Positions 49,547-62,014 of a stretch of DNA of 64,000 nucleotides are shown here, piece after piece. Source of the DNA: Octopus sinensis (Eukaryota); the NCBI RefSeq assembly GCF_006345805.1, contig NW_021834239.1, positions 6,693-70,692 on the forward strand. The letters are read 5' to 3'. The translations under genes and the position numbers were made by a program. Positions within the stretch are counted from its first letter, which is position 1; the number at the start of each line of letters is the position of its first letter. Below the pieces are notes generated by a model. It was not told the DNA's origin. It did no database searches and saw nothing but the letters and a program-made list of their open reading frames with translations.

Positions 49547-51965
49547 ATAACAAACTTTTATCGATTGATTATGGAACATGTTTTAGTGTTTGGAAAAAGC
49601 CAGTCTATTAAATACAGGCTCCCAATATACTATACTTCGCTTATTGATTCCAATTTATATAAATCCCCCGAGTACACACACTTCTCAATAGCTCCAACTA
49701 TTTCTTCATCCCACTTACATGTACCAAAATAACATCGGTTTCTACACATACACGCAGGCACCACACTCTCTCGTGCACGCGTACACACTCACATACGCAT
49801 TTATAAACACTCAGACGCACACACGGATTGATACGTACATAATAAATGTAGTTTAGTTACACGGATAAAAATAGATTATTCAATACGTACCACGTAGACT
49901 AAAATATATTAATAAAGTGAGGCATTCCCCTACAAATATATATCATTACTTATTGTATGATGCCGAGTTCATTAATTAATAAATTATTTTGGCATGAACA
50001 TCTGAGTAAAAATATACATTCTAAATATACATCATTCTAGTTAGAAACCTTTCATACATACATCATACATACATAAATACACACATACATACTTACATAC
50101 ATACCTACATACATACATACATATATACATACACGCATCCATACACACACACATACATACATACATGCATACATAAATACATACATACATACGTGTGTGT
50201 GTAACATTTTATAACTGATTTTTTTACTTGAAAATGGTCACGAAATCAGTTATTGTATGACATTGAATATTCTATATATGGCCGCAATGTCATGACTGAA
50301 ATGTGTAAAACATTAAAGTGTGAGAGTGTGAGTGTGTGTGTTTGTAATAGAGGGTCAAGTTTTCAACAACAGAACAGGATACGCCAAACCCAAGAAGTGT
50401 GCGATCAAAGCGGAGAAGAATACTTAAAATGTAACCTTTGGTTCATCTGCTCCGCTGATGGAATGTACAATAAGAGCAACCGAGAATTACATTGCTTAAA
50501 GTTTGCTTCCTTTAGGGCGACACCAGGTTTTATGATCTGGGATACAATCGTGCATACCTGTTGGTACAGTTTGATCAGAAGATTCACGGGAGCAGATATT
50601 TGCAAGGACGTTACTTTACCTGAACCTGCTAGTCGAGGACTCCATTGCCGCTTCATCACCACCACTGCCCTTCCTCACTTCTTATCAATCCATATCTTTA
50701 TTTCTATATGTATTTCTCTGTGTATTTCTCAGCCTCTAACTTCTTCTCTGTATTTGATTTTGTCAGAAAGAAACAGAGTGAAACCGAGGAAAATCCGAGG
50801 AAGAGATTGTAAACAGATTTTTGACATGAGATTAAGAAATTTAAGTTATTGTTTGCGTTTGTAGTTCTTTGTTATTTGTTCTCTCTGTTATCTTTCTGAA
50901 TTACTTCGTCTTCCATGACAGAGAGATGGGTGCGATTCGGTGGAAATTTATCTACAATTCCTTAAAGCAAAGTTTTATTAGAAAGTTACCTATGAGATGA
51001 TGAACACTGATTTGTGTTTTATGGTTTTCTTTTATAATGCTGGTAGAGACGCAAGACACCGCTCGGTAATATTTCTGTGTGTATGTGTATGTGAATGTAC
51101 GAGATAATGTGTCTATGTATGTTTGTGTCTCTGTATATCTGATCATTTCTTGACATTGACATTTTTACATATGTTTATAATGGCACATACACACGCACCT
51201 TCTCACGCTCAAACACGCACACACAAACACACATATACAGGCACGCGTGTGCAAATACTAACACAAGCCTATACACATCCACGCACCACATCGATGTTAA
51301 TGAATATATGAAAGCATATGTGTCTGCGTGTGACGACTGTAGCTGTCTTTCAGCCGAGATTTATTTTTTTATTGATTTGTGATCGAATCAGCTTTGGGGA
51401 TTAACGTCATATTTATCAGTCTGATAATCAGTCCGATTGTTTCCCTAGTGCATGTTAATACGACCTATATCTAAATTACGTCAGAACATGCTTGCATTTA
51501 TTTATTTTAGATATGTATTGAGCAGATTCTAACGATCTCGCTTCTCTTTCGTAGTTCTGTTTTCTTAATAATCACTACGTAAGTACTTTCCCCCCTCTCT
51601 TCCGTGTAACAAAATACTACTGGTTTATGTACTGCATTTCGGATCGCAAGTCCGTGGACTCCGTTCGAGGCCCGAATGAACTGTTGCATTCTTGATCAAA
51701 GCACTTCATTGTACGTCGTGCCAGTCGGCACAATCGTAAAATCAGTTGCGTTTCACTGAACTGGAGTCGAGTTGAGTTGAAATGCTATAAATACAGTCAT
51801 TTATGCCCCAGGGAGACCGGATAGACGGCCCTCTCAGTCCAATGACACGAGTCAGCAAATGCTCAGAGGCTGATTATGAGAAGGAAAATATGTTCAGTTA
51901 TCCCTATGTCCAACGACTAATGTATTTTCATGGGCTAAATTCTGTCAGAAGTGATAATTACAAAA

Positions 51966-52195
51966 GGCGGCACGCTCGCAGAAACGTTTGCACGCCAGGC
52001 GAAATGCTTAGCGGTATTTCGTCTGCCGTTACGTTCTGAGTTCAAATTCCGCCGAGGTTGACTTTGCCTTTCATCCTTTCGGGGTCTATAAAATAAGTAC
52101 CAGTTACGCACTGGGGTCGATATAATTGACTCAATCCGTTTGTCTGTCCTTGTTTGTCCCCTTTATGTTAAGCCCCTTGTGAGCAATAAAGATAT
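51966..52195 (+). mobile_element. SINE family A
   Basis: Matches 6442-6665; imperfect TSD GTGAT(A/G)ATTAC. Confidence 0.88.
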
Positions 52196-52289
52196 GTGAT
52201 GATTACTCACACTATAATCCAGACATTTTTTTAAACTGTCACTCATAGAGTAATAATGTTGATATGTCGAGTAAAATACTGTTTTCAAA

Positions 52290-52480
52290 TTTTGCACAAG
52301 GCCAGCAATTTCGGGAGTCGAATCAAGCCTATAACATCAATCCCAGTGCTCAACTGGTACATATTTTATCGACACCAAAATGATGTAAGGTACAGTTGAC
52401 CTCGGCGAGATTTGAACTCAGAACGAAATGCCGCTAAGCATTTTACCCGGCGTGTTAACAATGCTGCCAGCTCCCTAGCT
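52290..52480 (-). mobile_element. Degenerate SINE family A-type head/body
   Basis: GACCTCGGCGAGATTTGAACTCAGAAC...TGCCAGCTC matches the family A head in reverse. Confidence 0.65.
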
Positions 52481-53356
52481 TAGCTATTGAGCAAAATATC
52501 AATATAAGAAAACGATATCGGATGAGCGATGCATACCCTGAGTGCAGATACATTTTTTCGCAAATTATAGTGTGGTTTACAATGCGTTGCTGAGCCATGC
52601 TTTTTAACCGAACTGAATTTTTTGTCTTAAGTCTCACCATTGTAGGTATTCATAATTTCGAGCCACTCACCCTCTGAGGATTTTTACCAAATGTGGCGAA
52701 AATCCGTACAACCGTTTTCTAGTAATTTTGCAAACACGCAGACAAGCAGACAAATACGAGTGTTTAAAATACCCAGCTTTCGCTTATGCGCACAGGGTAA
52801 TAATAGATATCTAGTTAATTTTATTGAACTTTGGACATCAAAATCAATAACAAATTAGAAATTATATTTAAGCTAAGCATTTTATTCAAATAAGAGTCGT
52901 GTTCATAATCATATTTCATTGTTATTCGAAATTCTTTAAATACAATTTTCTAAAGAACTCCTCGAGACAAAATGAAAATGCGTGGGGTCAATCTAATCGA
53001 GCGTCCACTAGTCATTTCTTCTCAAGCAATTTATTGACTATTACAGTTTTCAGCACACACGTGTTTCTATCAATATTTATCCACCAAATCTGGTTCATTT
53101 TTATCGGAGAGGTTAAAACTGAAGCGAGCATTGTTATTATTCTCTCCCTATACAGAAGTTTAAAGCATCACAGTCTACCCGGATATTAAATTTAGTTTCT
53201 TCGCAGCTGTTTTTACAAAACGCCAAAGTACTTCGTCAAATTCAAAGAAGTTCTAAAACCGAGTTAAAATCGAAATCAACCAAACTTGTTTATCCAGAAA
53301 TAGTTGAGATGTCCAATTTACTCACATTTCAAGTCAGGTTAACGTTGCATACTTTC

Positions 53357-53700
53357 ACTCTTTTACTTGTTTCAGTCATTTTGACTAAGGCCATGCTAGA
53401 GCACTGCCTTTAGTCGAGCAAATAGACCTCAGGACTTATCCTTTGTAAGCCTAGTACTTATTCTATCGGTCTTTTTTGCCGAACAGCTAGGTTACGGTGA
53501 CGTAAACACATCATCATCGGTTGTTAAGCAATGTTGGGGGACAAACTCAGACACACACACATAAATATATATACATATATATAAAGTAAGTACTAGGCTT
53601 ACAAAGAATAAGTCCTGGGGTCGATTCGCTCGGCTAAAGGCGGTGCTCCAGCATGGCCGCAGTCAAATGACTGAAACAAATAAAAGAATAAATAAAAAGA
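53357..53700. mobile_element. Two SINE family E 3' halves in inverted orientation (53357-53560 minus, 53587-53700 plus)
   Basis: AAGTACTAGGCTTACAAAG...GCATGGCC...GACTGAAACAA present on both strands. Confidence 0.8.
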
Positions 53701-53737
53701 ATCACGAAATATAAACATAGATGTTTCCATTTTCTCT

Positions 53738-54060
53738 CGTCATCCAAACAAACCTGAAATTGAATGTGGTAGAGTATTATAAGAAGACAAAAATATAATT
53801 GTTCCGTATGAAGAAGTGTGTGATCAACCATTTCAGTAAGAAAAGTGTCGAGTATAGAACGTTTTGCAGGATTATTCAGAGAAGGAATGAGAGACGTGGC
53901 TGTTCCCAGTCGAATTTAGCAATGGAGGATTTCCTGCGCAGTCAGTGTTCAGATATCTTAGAGCCAAAGGAAAATCAAAAGAGAAAAAGACAACTAATCG
54001 CAGGATCTGACAAACAGTAAAACAGATTCTATTTCTGGTTATGAACAAGGAGAGATGAGA
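53738..54060 (+). mobile_element. Decayed RLE-type (HERO/NeSL-like) non-LTR retrotransposon C-terminal fragment
   Basis: One frame reads HPNKPEI...IIVPYEEVCDQPFQ*EKCRV*NVLQDYSEKE*ETWLFPVEFSNGGFPAQSVFRYL, resembling HERO-type LTVPWEE...KY..L...GW....PVEVGCRGF..QS; several stops. Confidence 0.65.
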
Positions 54061-54342
54061 TAAGCTGTAACAAGAGAGTATTAGTATTAGCGAGCTCAAC
54101 AATTCCAGCAGGCTGAAGAGAGCGTATTACCTTGCAGAGTCAAAACAACCAGAAGTTTGTTCATATTATCCATTCGAGACTACATTCAACGAAGACGCAG
54201 GAAGGCAATATCTGCGTCTTATGTGTGTATCTATCTAAGTATCAATCTATCTATCAATCTATCTATCTATCTACCTATGTATGTATGTATGTATGTATGT
54301 ATCTATCTATCTATCTATCCAGATAAATAGATTAGTAAATAA

Positions 54343-54617
54343 GTTTCTTTATTGGCCACACAGGGCTGCACACAGATAGGACAAGTTACGAGGTAGAGCT
54401 TTTCTTTTGGGGGATGAAGAGAACAAAAAACAAAAGAAAAAAAGGGGGTGGCGTAGGTTTTCGATCAAGAGGGATCGTAAAAGGGAAGAAAAGAACAAAA
54501 ACAAAAAAAATTAAAAAATAAAAAGAAGAAAAAGAAGAAAAAGAAGAAAAAAAAGAAAAGGAAAAGGAACAAAAGGAAAGAGAAATGAAGAAAGAAGAAA
54601 AAAGGGGGAAAAAAGGG

Positions 54618-54620
<3 letters not shown>
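54343..54620 (-). mobile_element. 5'-truncated Tx1 3'-UTR copy
   Basis: TTTATTGGCCACACAGGGCTGCACACAGATAGGACAAGTTACGAGGTAGAGCTTTTCTTTTG matches 14190-14252; followed by (GATA)n 54621-54810. Confidence 0.8.
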
Positions 54621-54694
<74 letters not shown>

Positions 54695-54753
54695 ATAGAT
54701 AGACAGATAGACAGACGGATAGATAGATAGATTAGTAAATAGATTGATAGATT

Positions 54754-54813
<60 letters not shown>

Positions 54814-55188
54814 GAGAGAGAGAGAGAAAGTGACAGAGAACGAGAGAGAGATGGATAGATAGGCGAATAAATTGAAAGATTGATAAATAGCTACATAGAC
54901 ACAAATAAATAAGATCGATATAGGCATATTCGCCAATATATGCATATATGTGAACACCATGAAGAATACAGATTAGAGATGTATTATTACAGTAAGCTAC
55001 TTACAAATTTTTGTAAAATATTCTATGGATGATAGATTATCGTAGATTATAAATTCACTGACATGCTGACATACAATGTTATCTGAAATCTCGTTTATTA
55101 TAACATGCAAGTCACGTTTTTTTTTTATCTATACCTAAGTGCATGTATGTGTGTTTGTGTGTATATATATACATACACACACACACAC

Positions 55189-55222
<34 letters not shown>

Positions 55223-55304
55223 CATATATGATGTAATATAAATATACTATATATATATATACATATATATAAAATATGATATAATACAATATATAATATA
55301 TATG

Positions 55305-55335
<31 letters not shown>

Positions 55336-55425
55336 TATATATATAATCCTTTAAAATGTTTTAGCCCGAATGCCGCGGCCTTGCTGGGGCACCACACACA
55401 CACACACACACATATATATATCTTC

Positions 55426-55460
<35 letters not shown>

Positions 55461-55649
55461 GTGTGTGTGTGTGTGTGTACATAATTGAGTACATACTCAC
55501 ACATGCATACGGACGTGTATATGTACATATATGTACATATATGTATATATATATATATATATATACATATATATATGTGTGTGTGTGTGTGTGCGTATAT
55601 ATATAATATGTGTGTGTGCACGAGTGTGTATAGTAAGTTAGATAGAAAA

Positions 55650-55708
<59 letters not shown>

Positions 55709-55937
55709 CTGCAGTATCGGGAGTGGCACATTGTTATTGACTCCGAAAGTACAAAAGGCTACGTTCACCTCGGAGCTATTTGAAGTGCAGAAGGCATGAA
55801 CTTCTATAATGAGTCATCGCCTTCGCCTTCTACGGGAACTTCGCTCGTTTGCCTTGTATAGATATACATACATGCATTCAACATGCTGTAGTAATAGGCA
55901 ACATCCTTGTATGTATATATATATATGTGTGTGATTG

Positions 55938-55968
<31 letters not shown>

Positions 55969-56501
55969 TGTGTGTGGCGGTGTGGTGGTGTGCGAAATGA
56001 AGCTTTGTAAATCCGCCTGCAGCTGGCAGTTATTCTTAATCCTTTTCACAGCTGACGAAAATCGAATATTCTGGTGATTTAGTCTGTAGAATCGTCCTGA
56101 AAGCACACTAATGTCTATTGTTCATTTATTTTTCTGTCTATGCCATAGGAGACACGTTTGTCCGACATATTTCTACGGCCTGCGTGACTTGTGCGTGTTT
56201 CAGTCTTACCAGATGAAAACCGTCACTGCACCGATTAATTATGTCCGGTTTTCCAAAAAATACAAAAAGAGTATATTAAATAAATATATATAAAAAAAGA
56301 ATACCTCAAAGCCGAGTTTCAGGATTAAGGCATTTGCTATTAGTTTACTAACAATGAAATGTATCGATCTAACAAAGTAATAGGTTTTCATGGAGATTGG
56401 CAGAGATTACAGAATGACAGCAAGGACAATAGAGCACTGCCTTCGGAAATATTCCTTGATTAATATGTTTTAGAAATTGTAGAGAATGTGTGTTATAAAC
56501 T

Positions 56502-56598
56502 GGAGCGAAAGTGAGCGAAAGCGAAAGTGAGCGAAAGTGAGCGAAAGCGAAAGTGAGCGAAAGTGAAAGTGAGCGAAAGTGAAAGTGAGCGAAAGCGA
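56502..56598. repeat. Minisatellite of GCGAAAGTGA / GAAAGT units
   Basis: Direct reading. Confidence 0.9.
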
Positions 56599-56605
56599 GA
56601 GAGAG

Positions 56606-56637
<32 letters not shown>

Positions 56638-57754
56638 CAGGAAGAGAGAGATTAAAAGGTGAGAAGGTGGGTGAGAAGAAAAGATTGAAAGAGACAGGAG
56701 GAAGAAGAAATCCATTGAGACAGAGAACCGAAGGAAAGAAGTGCTAATTGAAAGAAGGTTATTTGTTCAAACGACACTTGAATCTGGTTGTATGCGGAAT
56801 AATTACGAGAGTGACCTGAACACAACTGGAGGCTTGATTCCTATATTACCAATGATGATTAAAAACATCACTATGTACTTTGATGCAGTACCATTATTCT
56901 CTTATTCTCTTATTCTCTTATTCTCTTGCCAATATAATATGATATCGCAGTTACAAATATTTGCTGGTTTATTTAGTTTTTGTGCACACAGTCACACACG
57001 TATAAACTCACACAAATACACACGCACATTTTATTGTATTGAACGCAATATTTTTCACAGGGGCAGAAATAAATTAATGGATTCGAATCAGTAGGTTGCC
57101 GAGACTGAATGTATCAACGCCCCACGAGGGAAACATTTAAACGAAGTCAATCCTACATAGGAAAGAAAGAAAACACAGTTATTATGTAATCAAGTATTGT
57201 GTGATCTGTGTCATTCTTAAGGTCCAATTCTTGCAATATCATTCGTTTTGATTCTTTAACAGACGTTCGTTAATTAACTGTTGCACCACGTCAACTCAAA
57301 ATCGATGAAATTATTTAGCCGGGCCTACGGAAGATACATGGAATTAATTTTGTTGGCGAACTTCTTTATAACAATACGTTGGTCTCTGTATTTGAAGTTA
57401 TCGACTGTAGCAGAATATTGTACAATCCATTCGGCGTTAAATAGCTCGGTCGTGCGTACGATACAGCCATAACGAATATATTAAACATTGAAGTTCGGTC
57501 TTTGATGCTCAAAATTGTCTCTTGACCCCTTGAGGAAGTTGTCTGTTCTAAGCTGTAATACGTGGGTATTGATTAAAGGATCAATATATTGACTGATTGG
57601 TATGTCTATGCATTGCATTAGATCATTCTTACGTAATATGATACTAATGTTTATGGTGTGCTTAGTTCAAGTGTCAGACGCCTCGCATGTCCGATCAGAG
57701 AGGACCTTCACTGTACAGAAAAACGAAACTGTATATTTACGACGCAAGTTGCGC

Positions 57755-58010
57755 GACCCAGTAGGTAGGGAGTTGCACTCACGATCAAAAGATTGTGCGT
57801 TCAATTCCTGGATGTCGAGGTGTGTTACGTTCTTTAGCAAAAGCTATCACTTCTCGCTGCTCCAGTTAACCCTGCAGTAAACGGGTAGTTCTATGATAGA
57901 CTGAGGTTCCATTCAGGGGTAATATTGGGATTTGGGTCTCGTAAACGTCAAGGAACCCGAGTAACCGACATTATGAGTACAAAGGTTCGAGTCATGATGT
58001 TGTTGATGAG
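57755..58010 (+). mobile_element. Degenerate tRNA-derived SINE
   Basis: GGTAGGGAGTTGCACTCACGATCAAAAGATTGTGCGTTCAATTCC...GCTCCAGTTAACC resembles the family B head (23328). Confidence 0.55.
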
Positions 58011-58019
58011 GATAATAAC

Positions 58020-58455
58020 TATGATAAAGTTTGCTTATCGATCAGATGGTTCTGAGTTCTGTCCCTCTGCATGATACCATGAGCAGGCGTGTTCGACAAT
58101 AGCTTCGGGCTGACCAAAGCCCTGTGAGAATATTTGATTGCCGGAAACTGACAAAAGCCTATCGCATATACACTAACAATACGGAACAGTCTACTCGTGA
58201 AATTAACATGCAAGTGGCTGAGCATATGCACGTGTGTCTCCACAGGCACGTGTATCCTTTACGTAGTTCTCAGGGAGATTTAGCATGACACAGAATATGA
58301 GAAGGCTGGTCCTTGGAAATACAAGTACTACTAATGTTTGCCGGCTGACTATACTGGAGCAATGTGAAATAAATGACACAGCGCGTCGCTGGGAATTGAA
58401 CTCACCACCATGCAATCGTGAACTGAATACCTTAACCACTAAATCACGCGCCTTC
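58020..58455. mobile_element. SINE cluster: family E head (58020-58170 plus) and family B (58180-58455 minus)
   Basis: GACCAAAGCCCTGTGAG...GGAAACTGA matches family E; GAAATTAACATGCAAGTGGCTGAG...ACGTAGTTCTC...CTTAACCACTAAATCACGCGCCTTC matches family B in reverse. Confidence 0.7.
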
Positions 58456-58487
58456 AAACATACATATATGCATACATATGCACACAC

Positions 58488-58582
<95 letters not shown>

Positions 58583-58831
58583 TATATAAAGAATGGGTAC
58601 TTAGAAATCTGGATGGTTTTATATTTACAAATATTTATTAGTATGTTACATGTTTTTATAGATCTTATATCATATATTAGCGCTTTCGTCCACTCTAGTG
58701 GAGTTGTCAAATTTGTCATATATATATATATATATATATATATAACAGAAAAATACAAGAAATAATTGAACAACGTTGGGACGTAGCACATGCAAATTAT
58801 TTATAAGACTTTGAAGAAGGTTAGAGTTGTT

Positions 58832-58867
58832 GTTTTACGTTTCGAGCATAGCTCTTCTTCGGAAACA
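58832..58867 (-). ncRNA. Minimal hammerhead-like motif, U4C variant
   Basis: GTTT-CCGAAGA-A-GAGC(TAT)GCTC-GAAAC-GTA-AAAC; stem I GTTT/AAAC intact. Confidence 0.6.
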
Positions 58868-58997
58868 GGAAAAGCAGGAAAGTCTAAAGAAAAGGAAAAA
58901 AGAAGGGAAAAACCGCCAATAATACATTGTGGTTACACACACACACACACACATATATATAATATATATATATATTATATATATATACATACATACA

Positions 58998-59075
<78 letters not shown>

Positions 59076-59084
59076 ATATATAAA

Positions 59085-59585
59085 TATGCGAAGGAGTCCT
59101 GCCACTATTTGTCTCCAATCGAGTCACAGAACGTCGTGATTACGATGCTATAGCAGAAGACACTTGCCATGGAGTGGGAATGAACCCGAACTAAATGGCT
59201 ACTGGCTGTCAGGCAAACATCTTACCACACAGCCATGTTAGCACCAGTGTATATATGTATCTATACCACTGAAAATGCGTGTCTTATTGTTTAAGGTATT
59301 CGGTTCACAATTGTAAGTCACGATTTCGATTCCGGGCTGAGTAATGTGTCCTTGAGCAAGACACTTCATTTCACATTATTCCGGTCCACGCAGCTAGCAA
59401 AAGTGAGGTGTACCTGTAATTCAAATGGTCAGCCTTCTCATATTCGGCGTTTCACTGATTCTCCTTTTGAACTACGTGAAACGTACCCTTGCCTGTGGAA
59501 TACTCAACCAGTTTCACCTAATTTTACGAATAAGTTGCTTAGTTGATCGAAATAACTAGCACGCTCATCTTCGTAACCGATGGAG
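59085..59585. mobile_element. Divergent SINE pair: E-variant head (minus, 59088-59240) and family B (plus, 59270-59585)
   Basis: Head motifs as above; the 59085-59335 part recurs inverted at 63181-63432. Confidence 0.75.
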
Positions 59586-60970
59586 CGCCAGTTATCCATA
59601 CCTGTATGTATGTTTGTATATGCATCTATATATAAATGATAAACACATACGCAGATACTTATTCATATCTATAGAGTGTGTGTGTGTAAGTGTGTATGTG
59701 TGTGTGTGTGTGTGTGCGTATGTGAATATGAGTGTGTCTGAGTGTATGGAGTTCTGTATGCATTATAAATGTTCTTCGTTTAGAAATAAAGTAATTTTCT
59801 TCATAAAGTTTCAATGATGTACCAACCAAACTCCTTATCTTCTACATTAAGAAACACGTATTCTTTAACAAAGCCATTTAACAACAAATTCTAACCAAAA
59901 TCACAGGATTCTTTTTTCTCTTTCTAATGATCTTTTATTCCTTTGTCTAGACATCTACAAAATGTCTTGTCATTATTCGTTTCGAAAAATTAATAGGAAA
60001 ATTATACTTCTCACCAGAATAAGTGTGTTTTTCTTATATATATATTTTCAATCGCTTTACTTGAAAGACTTGAAATTTCGAATAGTGACTTGTATTTTTC
60101 TTTTTTATGCAGATTTAAATTAATTATTAACAAGACTCCTAATTCAATTAATTAGTCATTTCTATTGGTTCATTTAAAGGACGACTGAAAAAAATGCCTT
60201 GTGTTTCCTGTAAACCTTTTTTTAATCCATAGTCATTATACTTAACATTATGGCATATATTTGGCCTATAATTAGTGGTTCGTTATTTAGGTCGTAGACT
60301 GTTGTCTTGTAGATATAATAAAACACAGTTTTTGTTGGTGTTGTTATTGTTGTTGTTCTTCTTCTTTCAATCAGGACTCACTCCATTAGCCACAAAGAAT
60401 AATCTCTAATTCGAACCTACTCTAAGCTACAAAGAATGCGTTTGCATCTCGAAGATCAACCCAACACACGCGATAAAACGGCGGTTACACGGGCGCGAAA
60501 GCTACGTTGTTATCCTCATTCCGTAAACGGTGGCTTTTAACGGGTGGAGAGCTGAACCATCCTGGGGTACAGAGGATTCGCAATCTAGATTAGGGTCTGA
60601 AAGTTTACCACACCATAGCGGTTTACACCATGGTTCCTCTGATTTGTGGCAGACGTAGGAAGAAAGGGTGAGAGAAAGTTGTGGTCAAAGAGTACAGTGG
60701 GATTCACCCCCACCCCGCCGGAGACGCGTGGAGCTTGAAGTGTTCAAATAATTTGAACTTATACACCGAAATCTTTATCAAGGACTATGATATCTCCATA
60801 TTTCTATTATGTTTTGAACATTCTCTTAAATGTGAATATTTCGATTATAACATAATAAACAATGACAGCTTCCAGAAACAGGTGCCGAGTTCAAAAATGT
60901 GCATTACCTCGATCGTTTCTTGTATGCGTTTTATGCTGTGTGTAAATTTATTTGTCCATATATATATTTA

Positions 60971-61522
60971 CAGGGTCGGGCAAAATGATATGACACATTT
61001 GTAGGTTAAATAAAAGGCATTGTTTTTCGTTTCTTTTTCAGTTGCTGCCATGAATTGGACTGGTGAGCATCGCGCTTTCATTGTGGAAACGTTTATCAAA
61101 ACAAACGATTCTGTAACTGCAACACAAAGAGCGTTCCGTTTGCCCTTCAATCTTGGTAGACATGATCCCGTACCAGCTCGAAACACGATCTTGTTATGGG
61201 TTACCAACTTCAGAGCTACTGGATCTGCATTGAAACGAAAATCAACCGGCCGACCTCGCGCCGCGAGAACTTAAAGATGCAATTCGTCAAGAAATTACTG
61301 CCATTCCACATGAAATGACCCGCTGAGTTATTGACAACTTTCGTGAACGCCTTCGACAGTGTGTGGACAATAATGGATCCCATTTGACGGATTTAATTTT
61401 TAAAACATAATGAAACAAAATGGCATTATATGTACTTTTAAAAAATAAAAACACTTTTTTGTTTCTTGACTTCATTTGCCTTTTATTTAACCTACCAATG
61501 TGTCAGATCATTTTACCTGACC

Positions 61523-61525
<3 letters not shown>
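60971..61525 (+). mobile_element. Internally deleted Tc1/mariner element with 49-bp TIRs and TA TSD
   Basis: TA|CAGGGTCGGGCAAAATGATATGACACATTTGTAGGTTAAATAAAAGGCA ... reverse complement ending CCCTG|TA; N-terminal MNWTGEHRAFIVETFIKTNDSVTATQRAFR...RKSTGRPR joined directly to C-terminal ELKDAIRQEITAIP...CVDNNGSHL. Confidence 0.93.
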
Positions 61526-61555
<30 letters not shown>

Positions 61556-61557
<2 letters not shown>

Positions 61558-62014
61558 TTTAACAATTAAGGATAATCTCTTAATAAGGGATCTTAACAAG
61601 AAATTATCGGGTAGCTAGCGTGAAAACCTCATAAAAGAAAAGAATTCGAAAATAATTTTTTTTCTTTTGAACAAATTAATTATATCTATATTGTATAGAG
61701 GGCATTATTACACATAAATGCCTCACACTAGGAGGGACAAGTCATTACTACCAAAATTATACTAATCATACCCAATGCAGTTTTTCAAAGCAAGACATTA
61801 AAAAAATGAATTTAGTTCTGTATCACCGTGATTTCACATTCAACTTTACGTCTAATGATCGTCAGCAGAACTGATTCTGAATACATCATAAATAAACTAC
61901 CAACCTTACGTAGCGAAGGTGCATTTGGGTATGATTAGTATAATTTTGGTAGTAATGACTTTGTCCCTCCTAGTGTGAGGCATTTATGTGTAATAATGCC
62001 CTCTATACAATATA
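61556..62014. repeat. Repeat unit with an inverted partial copy (arms 61687-61779 / 61920-62014)
   Basis: ~93-bp arms differing by two 1-bp indels; hammerhead-like motif in the spacer. Confidence 0.88.
61815..61871 (-). ncRNA. Type I hammerhead-like motif
   Basis: GTTCTG-CTGACGA-...-GAAAT-CACGGTG-ATA-CAGAAC; perfect 6-bp stem I, near-palindromic stem III, imperfect stem II. Confidence 0.62.

Noticed and set aside
51500-51840. Polypyrimidine-AG and GTAAGT around 51555-51585 and TATAAATA at ~51787
   Set aside because: Isolated short motifs; TATA-to-initiator spacing does not fit and there is no coding support.
56502-56598. Short regular repeats considered as a CRISPR-like or regulatory array
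   Set aside because: No unique spacers; a simple minisatellite grading into (GA)n.
57602-57880. 92-aa ORF with a signal-peptide-like N-terminus
   Set aside because: Its 3' half is a degenerate SINE head; the 5' half alone has no recognisable homology.
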